A DNA stretch of 64,000 nt, from NCBI GenBank assembly GCA_002379855.1, contig DFUX01000036.1:4327-68326 (forward strand), written 5' to 3'. The stretch is from Cloacimonetes bacterium UBA4175 (GTDB lineage: Bacteria; Cloacimonadota; Cloacimonadia; Cloacimonadales; Cloacimonadaceae). Position numbers and translations under genes: made by a program. Below are positions 19,935 through 28,453 of this stretch, one piece after another. The notes beneath the pieces are model-generated. The model did no database searches. It was not told where the DNA came from and was given only the letters and a program-made list of their open reading frames with translations. The stretch's first letter is position 1. The number at the start of each line of letters is the position of its first letter.

Positions 19935-19995
19935 CCATAATATATAGGTGCTACGATCACGCCGTGGAAAGGTGGATAGGTGAAATGGTGAAAAA
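19935..19995 (+). repeat. 40-bp block identical to 55413-55452, running into 8-bp tandem units
   Basis: CCATAATATATAGGTGCTACGATCACGCCGTGGAAAGGTG; units GTGGAAAG GTGGATAG GTGAAATG GTGAAAAA. Confidence 0.85.
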
Positions 19996-20187
19996 AGAGC
20001 TAAAAAACAGTCCGCCATTTCAGGACTTGACAGGGTACGAAACGAGGCCTTGCTTAAAAGTGTCGGCAAGGAAAGCAGGACGCATGGCTTTTGATCCGGC
20101 CTGCCATTCATCTGACTCCAAAGTGGCTGCTGACAGCAGAAAGTTCTTGACATCCTTGCCGCTATTAACAATTGTGAAGACAGGAGT

Positions 20188-20856
20188 ATGAGGATGAAAG
20201 CTTCTATATTAGCAATCTGGATCCTGCTGTGTTGCGCCAGCTTCTATGGGCAGAGCGCGCCTGTGGAAGCTGTGAGCCGTCTGGATATCGAAGTGAACCA
20301 GGGCTTCGGCATGGGTATTGATACCCGACCCGAGAACCGATGGAGGTATGGACTTGGTACCAGCATTGGAGTGAACTACAATTACAAACCCGCACGCCGT
20401 TTTGAAATCCGGGGCGGGATCAGCGAACAGGTATATTACTCCAAAAGGTTGGTGTACCATCCCTATCCCTATGTGATGGAGATGGATTTTGGGCTTACCA
20501 CCATTGCCACCCGTTTTATAGCGGGAGGCGACTGGACAATGCACGTTTCCGAAACCCGCCTTTCCCCTTATCTGGGTGCCGCCTTATACGCGGACATCGT
20601 GCATTATGCCAGGGCACGCAACTGGCTGTATTACCTCACGGAGGGGGAGCGTGAGAAGATGAATCTCAAGGATTCCTTTTCCAATCCTGTTCCCGGTGTG
20701 CAGTTCGGTCTTGGCCTGCGAGGAAAGACAACCAGGATAGAGCTGCGCTATTGGGAGGATATCCGCACCTTCAAAGTGCCAGTCAATCCGGTTAACAGGC
20801 AGCGCCGCAGCTACATTGGTATATCCGCCGCCTCGTATTTTGACAAAAGCTTCTAA
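20188..20856 (+). CDS. Putative 8-stranded outer-membrane beta-barrel protein
   Basis: Signal peptide, LSPYLGAA, alternating beta-strand pattern, terminal Phe; AGGAG RBS. Confidence 0.6.
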   Translation: MRMKASILAIWILLCCASFYGQSAPVEAVSRLDIEVNQGFGMGIDTRPENRWRYGLGTSIGVNYNYKPARRFEIRGGISEQVYYSKRLVYHPYPYVMEMDFGLTTIATRFIAGGDWTMHVSETRLSPYLGAALYADIVHYARARNWLYYLTEGEREKMNLKDSFSNPVPGVQFGLGLRGKTTRIELRYWEDIRTFKVPVNPVNRQRRSYIGISAASYFDKSF

Positions 20857-20879
20857 GTGAAAAAAGCTACGCGGGAAGA

Positions 20880-22004
20880 TCAGCGCGCGCTGATAGCTCC
20901 TGAGGGCAGGGGATAGTTTTCGTGCCTTGGCGCGGTGGATGATTTGTCGTCGTCAGTTCTCCACACACGTTTCCAGGCTTGAAGATACATTAACTGGCCA
21001 TCGAAGCGGGGGAATATCTCCGACACGCTGTAGGAAAAGACATTAGCTTTGTGATAGCCATCCCAGATCATAGTGGATTGGCGGGTGGAGAGATCCATCC
21101 GCATCAAATCCGCCATTCCGTATTTTAGGCGGGAATATATGATGGCATCGCCACCGGGGTCGAAGGTGTAGGTAAAACAATCAGGAACAATGAAGCTTTC
21201 ACCAGTTTGGCGGTCATGTACACTCAGAGGAGCGGGATAGCGGGTGAAACTACTACCAAAATAATCAATATCTTCGGTAGGCTCCTTCATGTTATGCGAG
21301 GCAAAATAGCGGAAGTTGCTGCTAACCTTGGCGTTGTAATAATGGGAAAAGTCTGAATCGAAAGCGGTGAAAATCAGGGTTGAATCCTGCTGGGCATCCA
21401 GCTTGCACAGAGCCTGAGTCGGAATATAGTAATCAAGGTAACTGCTGAAGTAGTAGTATTCCTGGGTATCCTCGGTGAAAATGGCATATCTGGCGGTTAC
21501 CGGTTCTGGCAGGACGGTCCATTCCTCAGTTTGGATGTCCATCCTGGCTATCTGGCCATTCCGGATGGCTGTGAGGTAATTTCCATCGCTGGATAGCGCA
21601 GGTGCGCTATAATAGCCATTGTCATCCGGGCTTATCCTTCTATAATCCTGCCCATCAAAACCTACCCGGCAGATTGCAAATTTGGCGGCAAAATAGAGCC
21701 TTGAATTTTGCTGGTCTATCGCCAGGTATTGGGTATCCGTAATGGGCATGTCTTCCGGTGAAAGCGTGGTGACTGAACTGCCAATGCCATGCTTCACCAA
21801 GCGCTCGCCAAGGTGGAAGATCAGGTCGTCGGACACATAAAACGCCCTGCCCAGGTTGGCAATTTGCAAGCTGTTATCCTCTTTGAAACCGCTGCCGTTC
21901 GCGTTGATCACGCAAAACACCTTTTCAGGAATCGGTTCATTACAACTGTTTCCAGACAGCAGCATGAAGGCCGCCAGGATCACGATCGGGTACATCCAGC
22001 GCAT
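20880..22004 (-). CDS. Exported beta-propeller (TolB-like) protein, possible lipoprotein
   Basis: Start MRWMYPIVILAAFMLLSGNSC after GGGGG RBS; repeats such as VINANGSG, VGFDGQD, PALSSDGNYL, TFDPGGDAIIY. Confidence 0.6.
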   Translation of the reverse strand: MRWMYPIVILAAFMLLSGNSCNEPIPEKVFCVINANGSGFKEDNSLQIANLGRAFYVSDDLIFHLGERLVKHGIGSSVTTLSPEDMPITDTQYLAIDQQNSRLYFAAKFAICRVGFDGQDYRRISPDDNGYYSAPALSSDGNYLTAIRNGQIARMDIQTEEWTVLPEPVTARYAIFTEDTQEYYYFSSYLDYYIPTQALCKLDAQQDSTLIFTAFDSDFSHYYNAKVSSNFRYFASHNMKEPTEDIDYFGSSFTRYPAPLSVHDRQTGESFIVPDCFTYTFDPGGDAIIYSRLKYGMADLMRMDLSTRQSTMIWDGYHKANVFSYSVSEIFPRFDGQLMYLQAWKRVWRTDDDKSSTAPRHENYPLPSGAISAR

Positions 22005-22132
22005 ATCATCTTCCCCCTTTGTGGTTACTAAAGCAACATTTGTATATTTTGCCAGGATGTCAAGCAATAAATTGCAAAAAGTATCTTTATTTTGTAGCGC
22101 AACCTGGCATCCTAACTCCGGACTTTTTTCGA

Positions 22133-22163
22133 TTGACACAATAGTCACCTCCCCGCGAACATG
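22133..22163 (+). promoter_or_regulatory. Putative promoter giving a leaderless priA mRNA
   Basis: TTGACA-18 nt-GAACAT; ATG begins 7 nt after the last T; no Shine-Dalgarno. Confidence 0.4.
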
Positions 22164-22168
22164 CCCGC

Positions 22169-24538
22169 ATGAACTACTATGTTGTCCATCTTCCGATATC
22201 CTTGCGCCAGGAGTATCATTATCGTTGTGAGCAGTCTCTGGCCGAAGGAACCCGTGTGTTGGTGTCATTCAACCGCAGGGATATGATCGGAATCTGCGGC
22301 AAAGCTTGCAGCAGCCCGCCAGACTTGAAAGTAAGGTTCAAGCCTGTGTTGGAAGTGTTGGATGCCAGGCCTGTATTGAGTTCGCGGCTGTTGAGGCTGG
22401 CGGAATGGATGGCAAGTTATTACCAATGTTCTGTGGGCAGCGCCTGTTTTGCCATGCTGCCCGCCTGGCTTACTCCGGATATTGATGCGGAGGTTAGATG
22501 GCTTGGCTCTGAGATACCGGATGAATATGCCAGGTTGCATGGCTTGCTGTCCGATGGGGAGTTCCACAAGGTATCGGAATTGAGGAAGGCGCTGAAAGGC
22601 GTGCCGGTCTTGCGTTTGGTGGAGACAGGTGAGGAAGCTGGCTATTTGGAACTAAAGCGTAAGCTCAGCGCCAAAGATAAGCCCAAAATATTGAACTATA
22701 TCAAGCTGCTGCAGCAGGAACCCGCTTTGGATAATCTTCCCGCCCGGCAGAAGGAAGCTATGCAAATCATCCTTGCCAAAGGCGAGGACCTTCCCCTGGC
22801 TGAGCTGGCTCAGGATTTCTCCTGGTCGGTGTTCAAAGCCCTTGCCAAAAAAGGCTTAATCTCCATCTATCCGCGGAAGATCGAACGATCTTTTTTCCGT
22901 TACGACGGTTCCTCTGCCCGCAAGAATATCACCCTTAACGGTGAGCAGACGCAGGCCGTGGATGAGATCAGCAGCCATCAGGGCGGATTCCACGCGCATC
23001 TGTTGTATGGGATCACCGGCAGCGGCAAGACAGAGGTCTATATCTCCATGATCCGTCGCTACCTGCGAGAGGGCAAGGGAGTGATCTTCCTGATTCCGGA
23101 GATAGCCCTGACACCCCAGATGGTGGAGCGCTTTCAAGCTGAGTTCGGTGAGGTGCTGGCAATCAGTCACAGCCAGTTGAGCGACCGCCAGCGCTTGTAC
23201 CAGTGGAGAAAGATTTGCCGGGGAGAGTGCAGGATCGTGATCGGCGCCCGCAGCGCGGTCTTTGCCCCGATGCCCAATCTGGGGCTGATAGTGGTCGATG
23301 AAGAACATGAACAAAGCTACAAACAGGATAACAATCCTCGTTACAATGGCAGGGATCTGGCTGTGATGCGGGCTAAGCTGGAGGGCGCGCAGATAATTCT
23401 GGGATCCGCCACTCCCTCATTGGAGTCGTGGCACAATCACGCATTGGGAAAATACGCGTTGCACAGGCTTAACAGCCGGCCTCTGGACTACGCCCTGCCC
23501 GAGGTGGGAATCATCGACCTCTGCGACGTGCCTCGTGAGCAGTTACTGTCGGATGAACTGCTGCAGGCAATCTCAACCCGTCTGGAAAGAAAGGAACAGG
23601 TGATCCTCTTTCAGAACCGGCGCGGTTTTTCATCCTTTATCCAATGTCTCAAATGCGGCGAGCTTGTTAAATGCGGCAACTGCGAGATCAGCATGTATTA
23701 CCACCGGGATCAGGAGCAGATGCAATGCCATTATTGCGGACTCACCCTGCCCAGTCCCAGAAAGTGTCCCCACTGCGGAAGCTTCATTTTTTCCTATGGC
23801 GCGCCGGGTACGCAGAAAGTGGAGCAGGTGTTGAGAGTCTATTTCCCCAATGCCAGGATTTTACGCCTGGATTCCGATTCCGCCCGCAAACCGGACAGCC
23901 ACAAAAACATGTATAAGCGCATGAAAAACAAAGAGGTCGATATCCTGCTGGGCACCCAGATGATATCCAAGGGGCTTGATTTTCCCGGCGTGACCCTGGT
24001 GGGCATTATCAATGCCGACATCAGCCTCAATGTGCCGGATTTCCGCTCCGCGGAACGCACCTTCCAGCTTATAACACAGGTGGCGGGACGCTCCGGCAGG
24101 GGGGATAAAGCAGGCGAGGTGCTGATTCAAACCTATAATCCGCGCCATTACGCCATCCGGCATGCCAGCAGACAGGATTTTCCTTCCTTTGCCCAGGAAG
24201 AGCTTAGCTATCGACAGCGCATGAATTACCCTCCCTATTACAGACTGGCGAGGATTCTCTATCTCTGTGCCGATGAAGCGTTGCTAACTGCGGAAATGAG
24301 CGCGCTGGCGCAAAGGCTGCAGGGCTTTGAAGACGGATATCCGGATCAGTCGGTGTTCTTGTTGGGTCCGGCTCCGGCTCCTCTTACCAAAGTGAGAAAC
24401 AACTATCGGTATCACCTGATCATCAAGCTCAGGAATACCTCGACGATACCAGCTCTGCTGCAAGCCATCCAGCAGATCTACAAGCTTCCCAGGGCTATCA
24501 CGGAACAGATTGACGTCGATCCTCTCAGTTTAATGTGA
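22169..24538 (+). CDS. priA: Primosomal protein N' (replication restart helicase)
   Basis: GITGSGKTE, PEIALTPQ, DEEHE, four CxxC pairs, QVAGRSGR, C-terminal DVDP. Confidence 0.97.
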   Translation: MNYYVVHLPISLRQEYHYRCEQSLAEGTRVLVSFNRRDMIGICGKACSSPPDLKVRFKPVLEVLDARPVLSSRLLRLAEWMASYYQCSVGSACFAMLPAWLTPDIDAEVRWLGSEIPDEYARLHGLLSDGEFHKVSELRKALKGVPVLRLVETGEEAGYLELKRKLSAKDKPKILNYIKLLQQEPALDNLPARQKEAMQIILAKGEDLPLAELAQDFSWSVFKALAKKGLISIYPRKIERSFFRYDGSSARKNITLNGEQTQAVDEISSHQGGFHAHLLYGITGSGKTEVYISMIRRYLREGKGVIFLIPEIALTPQMVERFQAEFGEVLAISHSQLSDRQRLYQWRKICRGECRIVIGARSAVFAPMPNLGLIVVDEEHEQSYKQDNNPRYNGRDLAVMRAKLEGAQIILGSATPSLESWHNHALGKYALHRLNSRPLDYALPEVGIIDLCDVPREQLLSDELLQAISTRLERKEQVILFQNRRGFSSFIQCLKCGELVKCGNCEISMYYHRDQEQMQCHYCGLTLPSPRKCPHCGSFIFSYGAPGTQKVEQVLRVYFPNARILRLDSDSARKPDSHKNMYKRMKNKEVDILLGTQMISKGLDFPGVTLVGIINADISLNVPDFRSAERTFQLITQVAGRSGRGDKAGEVLIQTYNPRHYAIRHASRQDFPSFAQEELSYRQRMNYPPYYRLARILYLCADEALLTAEMSALAQRLQGFEDGYPDQSVFLLGPAPAPLTKVRNNYRYHLIIKLRNTSTIPALLQAIQQIYKLPRAITEQIDVDPLSLM

Positions 24539-24614
24539 GGTTAGCGGGAGAACATCTTTTCTCTTGCCAAAAAACTCTGTCTGGAAATAAGCGTTTGAAT
24601 ATAAGGAGTTTCCC

Positions 24615-24950
24615 ATGAGCGAAAAAGAACTTAAAAACTGCAACTGCGGCACTCACAAAGACGGACACGACTGTGATTGCGGCGATGATTGCGAATGCGA
24701 CACCATTACCCTGGATATGGAAGACGGTACCCAGAAAGACTTTCTGGTGCTGGATACCCTGGAGCATGAAGGCAAGAATTACATCGCTTTGGCTGATGTC
24801 GAAACGATGGAATATGACATACTGAACATGACCTTGGTAGGTGAAACGGTGGAACTGAACGTTATTGAGGACGACGCGGAGTTTGAAGCTGTGGCGGCCA
24901 AGTTTGACGAATTGTTCAATCTGGATGACGAGGAAGAGGAAGAAGAGTAA
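24615..24950 (+). CDS. DUF1292-like small acidic protein with Cys/His-rich N-terminus
   Basis: ITLDMEDG..F.VLD..EHEGKNYIAL...IEDDAEFEAV pattern; TAAGGAG RBS. Confidence 0.8.
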   Translation: MSEKELKNCNCGTHKDGHDCDCGDDCECDTITLDMEDGTQKDFLVLDTLEHEGKNYIALADVETMEYDILNMTLVGETVELNVIEDDAEFEAVAAKFDELFNLDDEEEEEE

Positions 24951-24977
24951 TACCTCAACTTGGGAGTACAAGCAAAC

Positions 24978-26234
24978 ATGCAAGCAGACCTGATAGTCCG
25001 CGACTGTCGGCAGATTCTTACTTTTAGAGCCCAAAACGCCGCAGGCGAACCAGCCGGGATGGATGATCCCGGAGTTGTCTCCGGCGGCGCGATCGCGATC
25101 AGCGACGGCAAAATCCTGGCTGTCGGAACCGAGGCGGATATCCTGGCAAGTTACACCGCTTCCGAGCATATCTCTGCTGCGGGAGGCATCGTGTTGCCCG
25201 GATTCGTGGATTGCCACAGCCATCCTGTGTTTGTGCACACCCGGGAAGATGAGTTTGCCATGCGCCTGCAGGGCAAGACCTATGTGGATATAGCTCTGGC
25301 TGGAGGCGGGATTCGCAGCACGATCAGCAGCACCAGGGAAGCCGATGAGGAGCTGCTGTTTGAGCTTGCCGCCAGGCGCATACGCAAAATGATTTCCTTG
25401 GGAACCACCACACTGGAGGCCAAAAGCGGGTATGGTCTGGATACAGCCAGCGAACTCAAGCAGCTCCGGGTGATAGACCGCCTTGCCAAAGAACTGCCCA
25501 TCCACATCGTTCCAACTTTCATGGGAGCGCATGAGTTTCCTGCTGAGTATAAAGATAACCATTCCGCCTTTATTGACATCCTGACGGATGAGATGATCCC
25601 CGCGGTCGCCGAGCAGGGCATTGCAGAGTTTTGCGATATCTTCACCGAAGCCCATGTATATAACCTGGAAGAATCCCGGATAGTGCTGGATTGCGCCAAG
25701 AAACACGGAATGAAGCTAAAGATGCACGCCGATGAGATCGAGCCCATGGGCGGGGCGGAACTTGCAGCGGAGATGGGTTGCGTATCTGCCGATCATCTGG
25801 GTACCACATCCGAACAAGGCATCGAGGCTTTGGCCAAGGCAGGAGTCGTCCCGGTGCTGTTGCCTGCCACTCTTTTTTCCTTGCGCAGCAAGACCTATGC
25901 CCGGGGCAAAGATATGATCCAGCGCGGGCTTCCCGTTGCCATCGCCACGGACTACAATCCCGGCAGTTGCAACTGCGATTCCCTGCCCCTCACCATCAGC
26001 CTGGCCTGTCTGCAGATGGGGTTTACCCCTGCTGAAGCTCTCACGGCCGCCACGCGTAACGCGGCCAGGGCGGTCTGCCGTGAAGCTCAGGTCGGTTCCC
26101 TGGAGCCAGGCAAGAGCGCGGATTTCACCATTTGGGACATACCATCCCATAACTTTATCCCCTATCATCTGGGCAGTTCGCACATCACAAGCGTTTACTG
26201 CAAGGGTGTTTGCGTACACAGGGCGGCGGAGTGA
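24978..26234 (+). CDS. hutI: Imidazolonepropionase
   Basis: PGFVDCHSH, GGGIRST, EAKSGYGL, GAHEFP, HADE, ATDYNPGS. Confidence 0.96.
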   Translation: MQADLIVRDCRQILTFRAQNAAGEPAGMDDPGVVSGGAIAISDGKILAVGTEADILASYTASEHISAAGGIVLPGFVDCHSHPVFVHTREDEFAMRLQGKTYVDIALAGGGIRSTISSTREADEELLFELAARRIRKMISLGTTTLEAKSGYGLDTASELKQLRVIDRLAKELPIHIVPTFMGAHEFPAEYKDNHSAFIDILTDEMIPAVAEQGIAEFCDIFTEAHVYNLEESRIVLDCAKKHGMKLKMHADEIEPMGGAELAAEMGCVSADHLGTTSEQGIEALAKAGVVPVLLPATLFSLRSKTYARGKDMIQRGLPVAIATDYNPGSCNCDSLPLTISLACLQMGFTPAEALTAATRNAARAVCREAQVGSLEPGKSADFTIWDIPSHNFIPYHLGSSHITSVYCKGVCVHRAAE

Positions 26235-28276
26235 ATGTTAAGCCGGGAGAGCAGGCTTACGTTATTCTCAAAACCCTGCACAAATCCCGCTATTATTGTG
26301 TTTACCAGGCCAAGGACTACTTCAGCGGAGAGCTGGTCACCCTGAAAGGGCTGGATCAGCGGTTTCGCTCAGATTCCACCCTCTGCAACTCTCTCAAGGC
26401 AGAAGCGGAAATAGCCGCCAGGCTTAAGCACCCCCACATCCGCCAGATAAAAGGCACCTTCGAGGAAGGTGGAAACCTCTATATAGTGGGCGATTACGTG
26501 GATGGCTATACCCTGAACGGCTTACTTGCCGACCCAGCGGTTTCCATCAGTCCATCCGATGCAATAAAATGGCTGCTGCAACTGCTCAATGCGCTGGAAT
26601 ATGCGCACTCCCAGGGGATATGGCACTTATATCTCAACCCTGAAAATATAGTTATTGATGCGTCTGGAGACCTCTTTATTCTGGGATTTGGCAAAAGCGG
26701 CGAGGAATGGCAATTTGCCGAACCCGCGGAGAATGAGTATCATCCCGTCCTTTTCCTCTCGCCCGAGACCTATCTGGGAGAAAAGGGAGACGCTCGCTCG
26801 GATATCTATTCGGTCGGTGTTTTGGCTTATCTGATGCTGTGCGGACAGCTTCCCTGGTATCTTGATCTGCGCCAGAGTTCCGCCACTCAGAAACAGAATT
26901 CCCTGCAACGTCCGGTGCTTGATCCCGAGCTGACTGGCAAACGCTTGCCCCGCTGGCTGTTCACCATCCTCAACCGCTGTCTGATGTTGGACTCCAACCT
27001 GCGTTTCCAAAGTGTGTCCCGCCTGATCACTGCTCTGCAGGAGCAGCAGGAATTGCCCTATCAGTCCTGTTTGCAGCGCAGCGGCGCCCCCACCCGGGAT
27101 CAGATGCCGGCTGCCGAACCCGCTCCTCTGCATATAGTTAAGGAACCAGAAACGCCTATCCCCGCTCCAGTTGTCAGCGTTCCAGAGGAACCTGTTACAG
27201 CGACACCGACTCAGGTAGAGGAACAGGCTGCCACCATCCAAACCCCCGCTCCGCCTTCTCCAGAGCCTGTGGCCGACGGCAAGCCGGAATCCTGGCGCAT
27301 ACCCGATCCTCCGCCGGACAGCCTTCAAACGCCTCCCAAGCCGGAACCGGTCTATCATTACCAGCCCCAGGCTGCGCCGAAGAAAGACAACCTCCCATAT
27401 ATCCGTCATCTTTTCAAAATCTTCGGCTACATCTCCCTGGGCATATTGCTGTTCATCCTGCTTAAATACTGCGTCTTTGCCCGCAGGCCCAGGTTCGAGA
27501 ACGTGGGGGACAAGGATGAGCCGGAAGAAGTGGTCAGAGATGTTAATCCGGTTAACGTGCCTCTGCGGATGGTGTCAATCCCTGCGGACAGCGTCACGAT
27601 CGGCGACGTGGGGTCTTTCGCGGAGGACGACGAGTTTCCACCTCACACGGTCTGGATACCGGCTTTTCGGATCACTCCCCACGAGATAACGCGCGAGCAA
27701 TGGGCGATGGTAAACACCAGCTATCCCTATCAGGATGGGGATAAGTATCTGCCGATCACCGGGATATCGTTCTTTGAAGTGCTGGATTACTGCAACGCCA
27801 AGAGCGAACAGGATGGCCTGGAACCCTGCTATGAATTCTCATCCAACAGCGTAAGCTGCAATTTCTCGGCCTCCGGCTACCGCCTGCCCACGGAAGCGGA
27901 GTGGGAGTATGCCGCCAAAGCCAGCTCCAAAGGAGAGTTTTTCCTCTTTGCCGGTTCCAATACTCCCGATGCCGTAGGCTGGTATAATGGCAACAGCGAT
28001 GGCGATGTCCATCCGGTGGGGCAGAAGCCGGCCAATAAATGGGGTCTGAGCGATATGAGCGGAAACGTATATGAATGGTGCTGGGACTGGTATGCCCGCT
28101 ACAGTTGGAAGCAAAGCACCTTTTTCGGCGGCCCGGACAGCGGGACGGACAGGGTCATCCGCGGAGGATCCTGGTACCATCCCTCCTCAGAGATGCGCGT
28201 GACCAACCGGGCTTTTGCCAAACCCCACAGCAACGCCAGGTATCTGGGCTTCCGTCTGGTGCGGACGGGCAAATAA
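26231..28276 (+). CDS. Hanks-type pseudokinase - Pro-rich linker - TM - FGE-sulfatase (SUMF1) domain protein
   Basis: Kinase fold (LKHPHI, ALEYAH, SPE, DIYSVG) with degenerate catalytic motifs; RLPTEAEWEYAAK, DMSGNVYEWCWD, RVIRGGSW, GFRLVR. Confidence 0.88.
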   Translation: MNVKPGEQAYVILKTLHKSRYYCVYQAKDYFSGELVTLKGLDQRFRSDSTLCNSLKAEAEIAARLKHPHIRQIKGTFEEGGNLYIVGDYVDGYTLNGLLADPAVSISPSDAIKWLLQLLNALEYAHSQGIWHLYLNPENIVIDASGDLFILGFGKSGEEWQFAEPAENEYHPVLFLSPETYLGEKGDARSDIYSVGVLAYLMLCGQLPWYLDLRQSSATQKQNSLQRPVLDPELTGKRLPRWLFTILNRCLMLDSNLRFQSVSRLITALQEQQELPYQSCLQRSGAPTRDQMPAAEPAPLHIVKEPETPIPAPVVSVPEEPVTATPTQVEEQAATIQTPAPPSPEPVADGKPESWRIPDPPPDSLQTPPKPEPVYHYQPQAAPKKDNLPYIRHLFKIFGYISLGILLFILLKYCVFARRPRFENVGDKDEPEEVVRDVNPVNVPLRMVSIPADSVTIGDVGSFAEDDEFPPHTVWIPAFRITPHEITREQWAMVNTSYPYQDGDKYLPITGISFFEVLDYCNAKSEQDGLEPCYEFSSNSVSCNFSASGYRLPTEAEWEYAAKASSKGEFFLFAGSNTPDAVGWYNGNSDGDVHPVGQKPANKWGLSDMSGNVYEWCWDWYARYSWKQSTFFGGPDSGTDRVIRGGSWYHPSSEMRVTNRAFAKPHSNARYLGFRLVRTGK

Positions 28277-28453
28277 AACCTTTGTTAGACATATTGTGTG
28301 TCCATCTGCCCAGCCTGCCAGCTTTTGAGAAAGCAACTGGTATTTGGCACGTTAATTGCTTGAATATTATTGGATAACGCGTTGTTTCCCGTTCCATTAC
28401 GAGCACGAGATTTGGACACCCTTGGCTGATGAGAACACCGATGGAGGTTCACC

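Noticed and set aside
19930..19957. dif-like site (…CATAA-TATATA-…), also at about 55408
   Set aside because: The right arm GGTGCTACGAT does not resemble the XerD arm TTATGTTAAAT; it is part of a dispersed repeat
19436..20191. Short ORFs in the 19.3-20.2 kb gap
   Set aside because: They run through repeat modules, lack an RBS and have no protein-like features
27800..28450. Diversity-generating retroelement target (FGE/C-lectin C-terminus)
   Set aside because: No template repeat or reverse transcriptase was seen in the window
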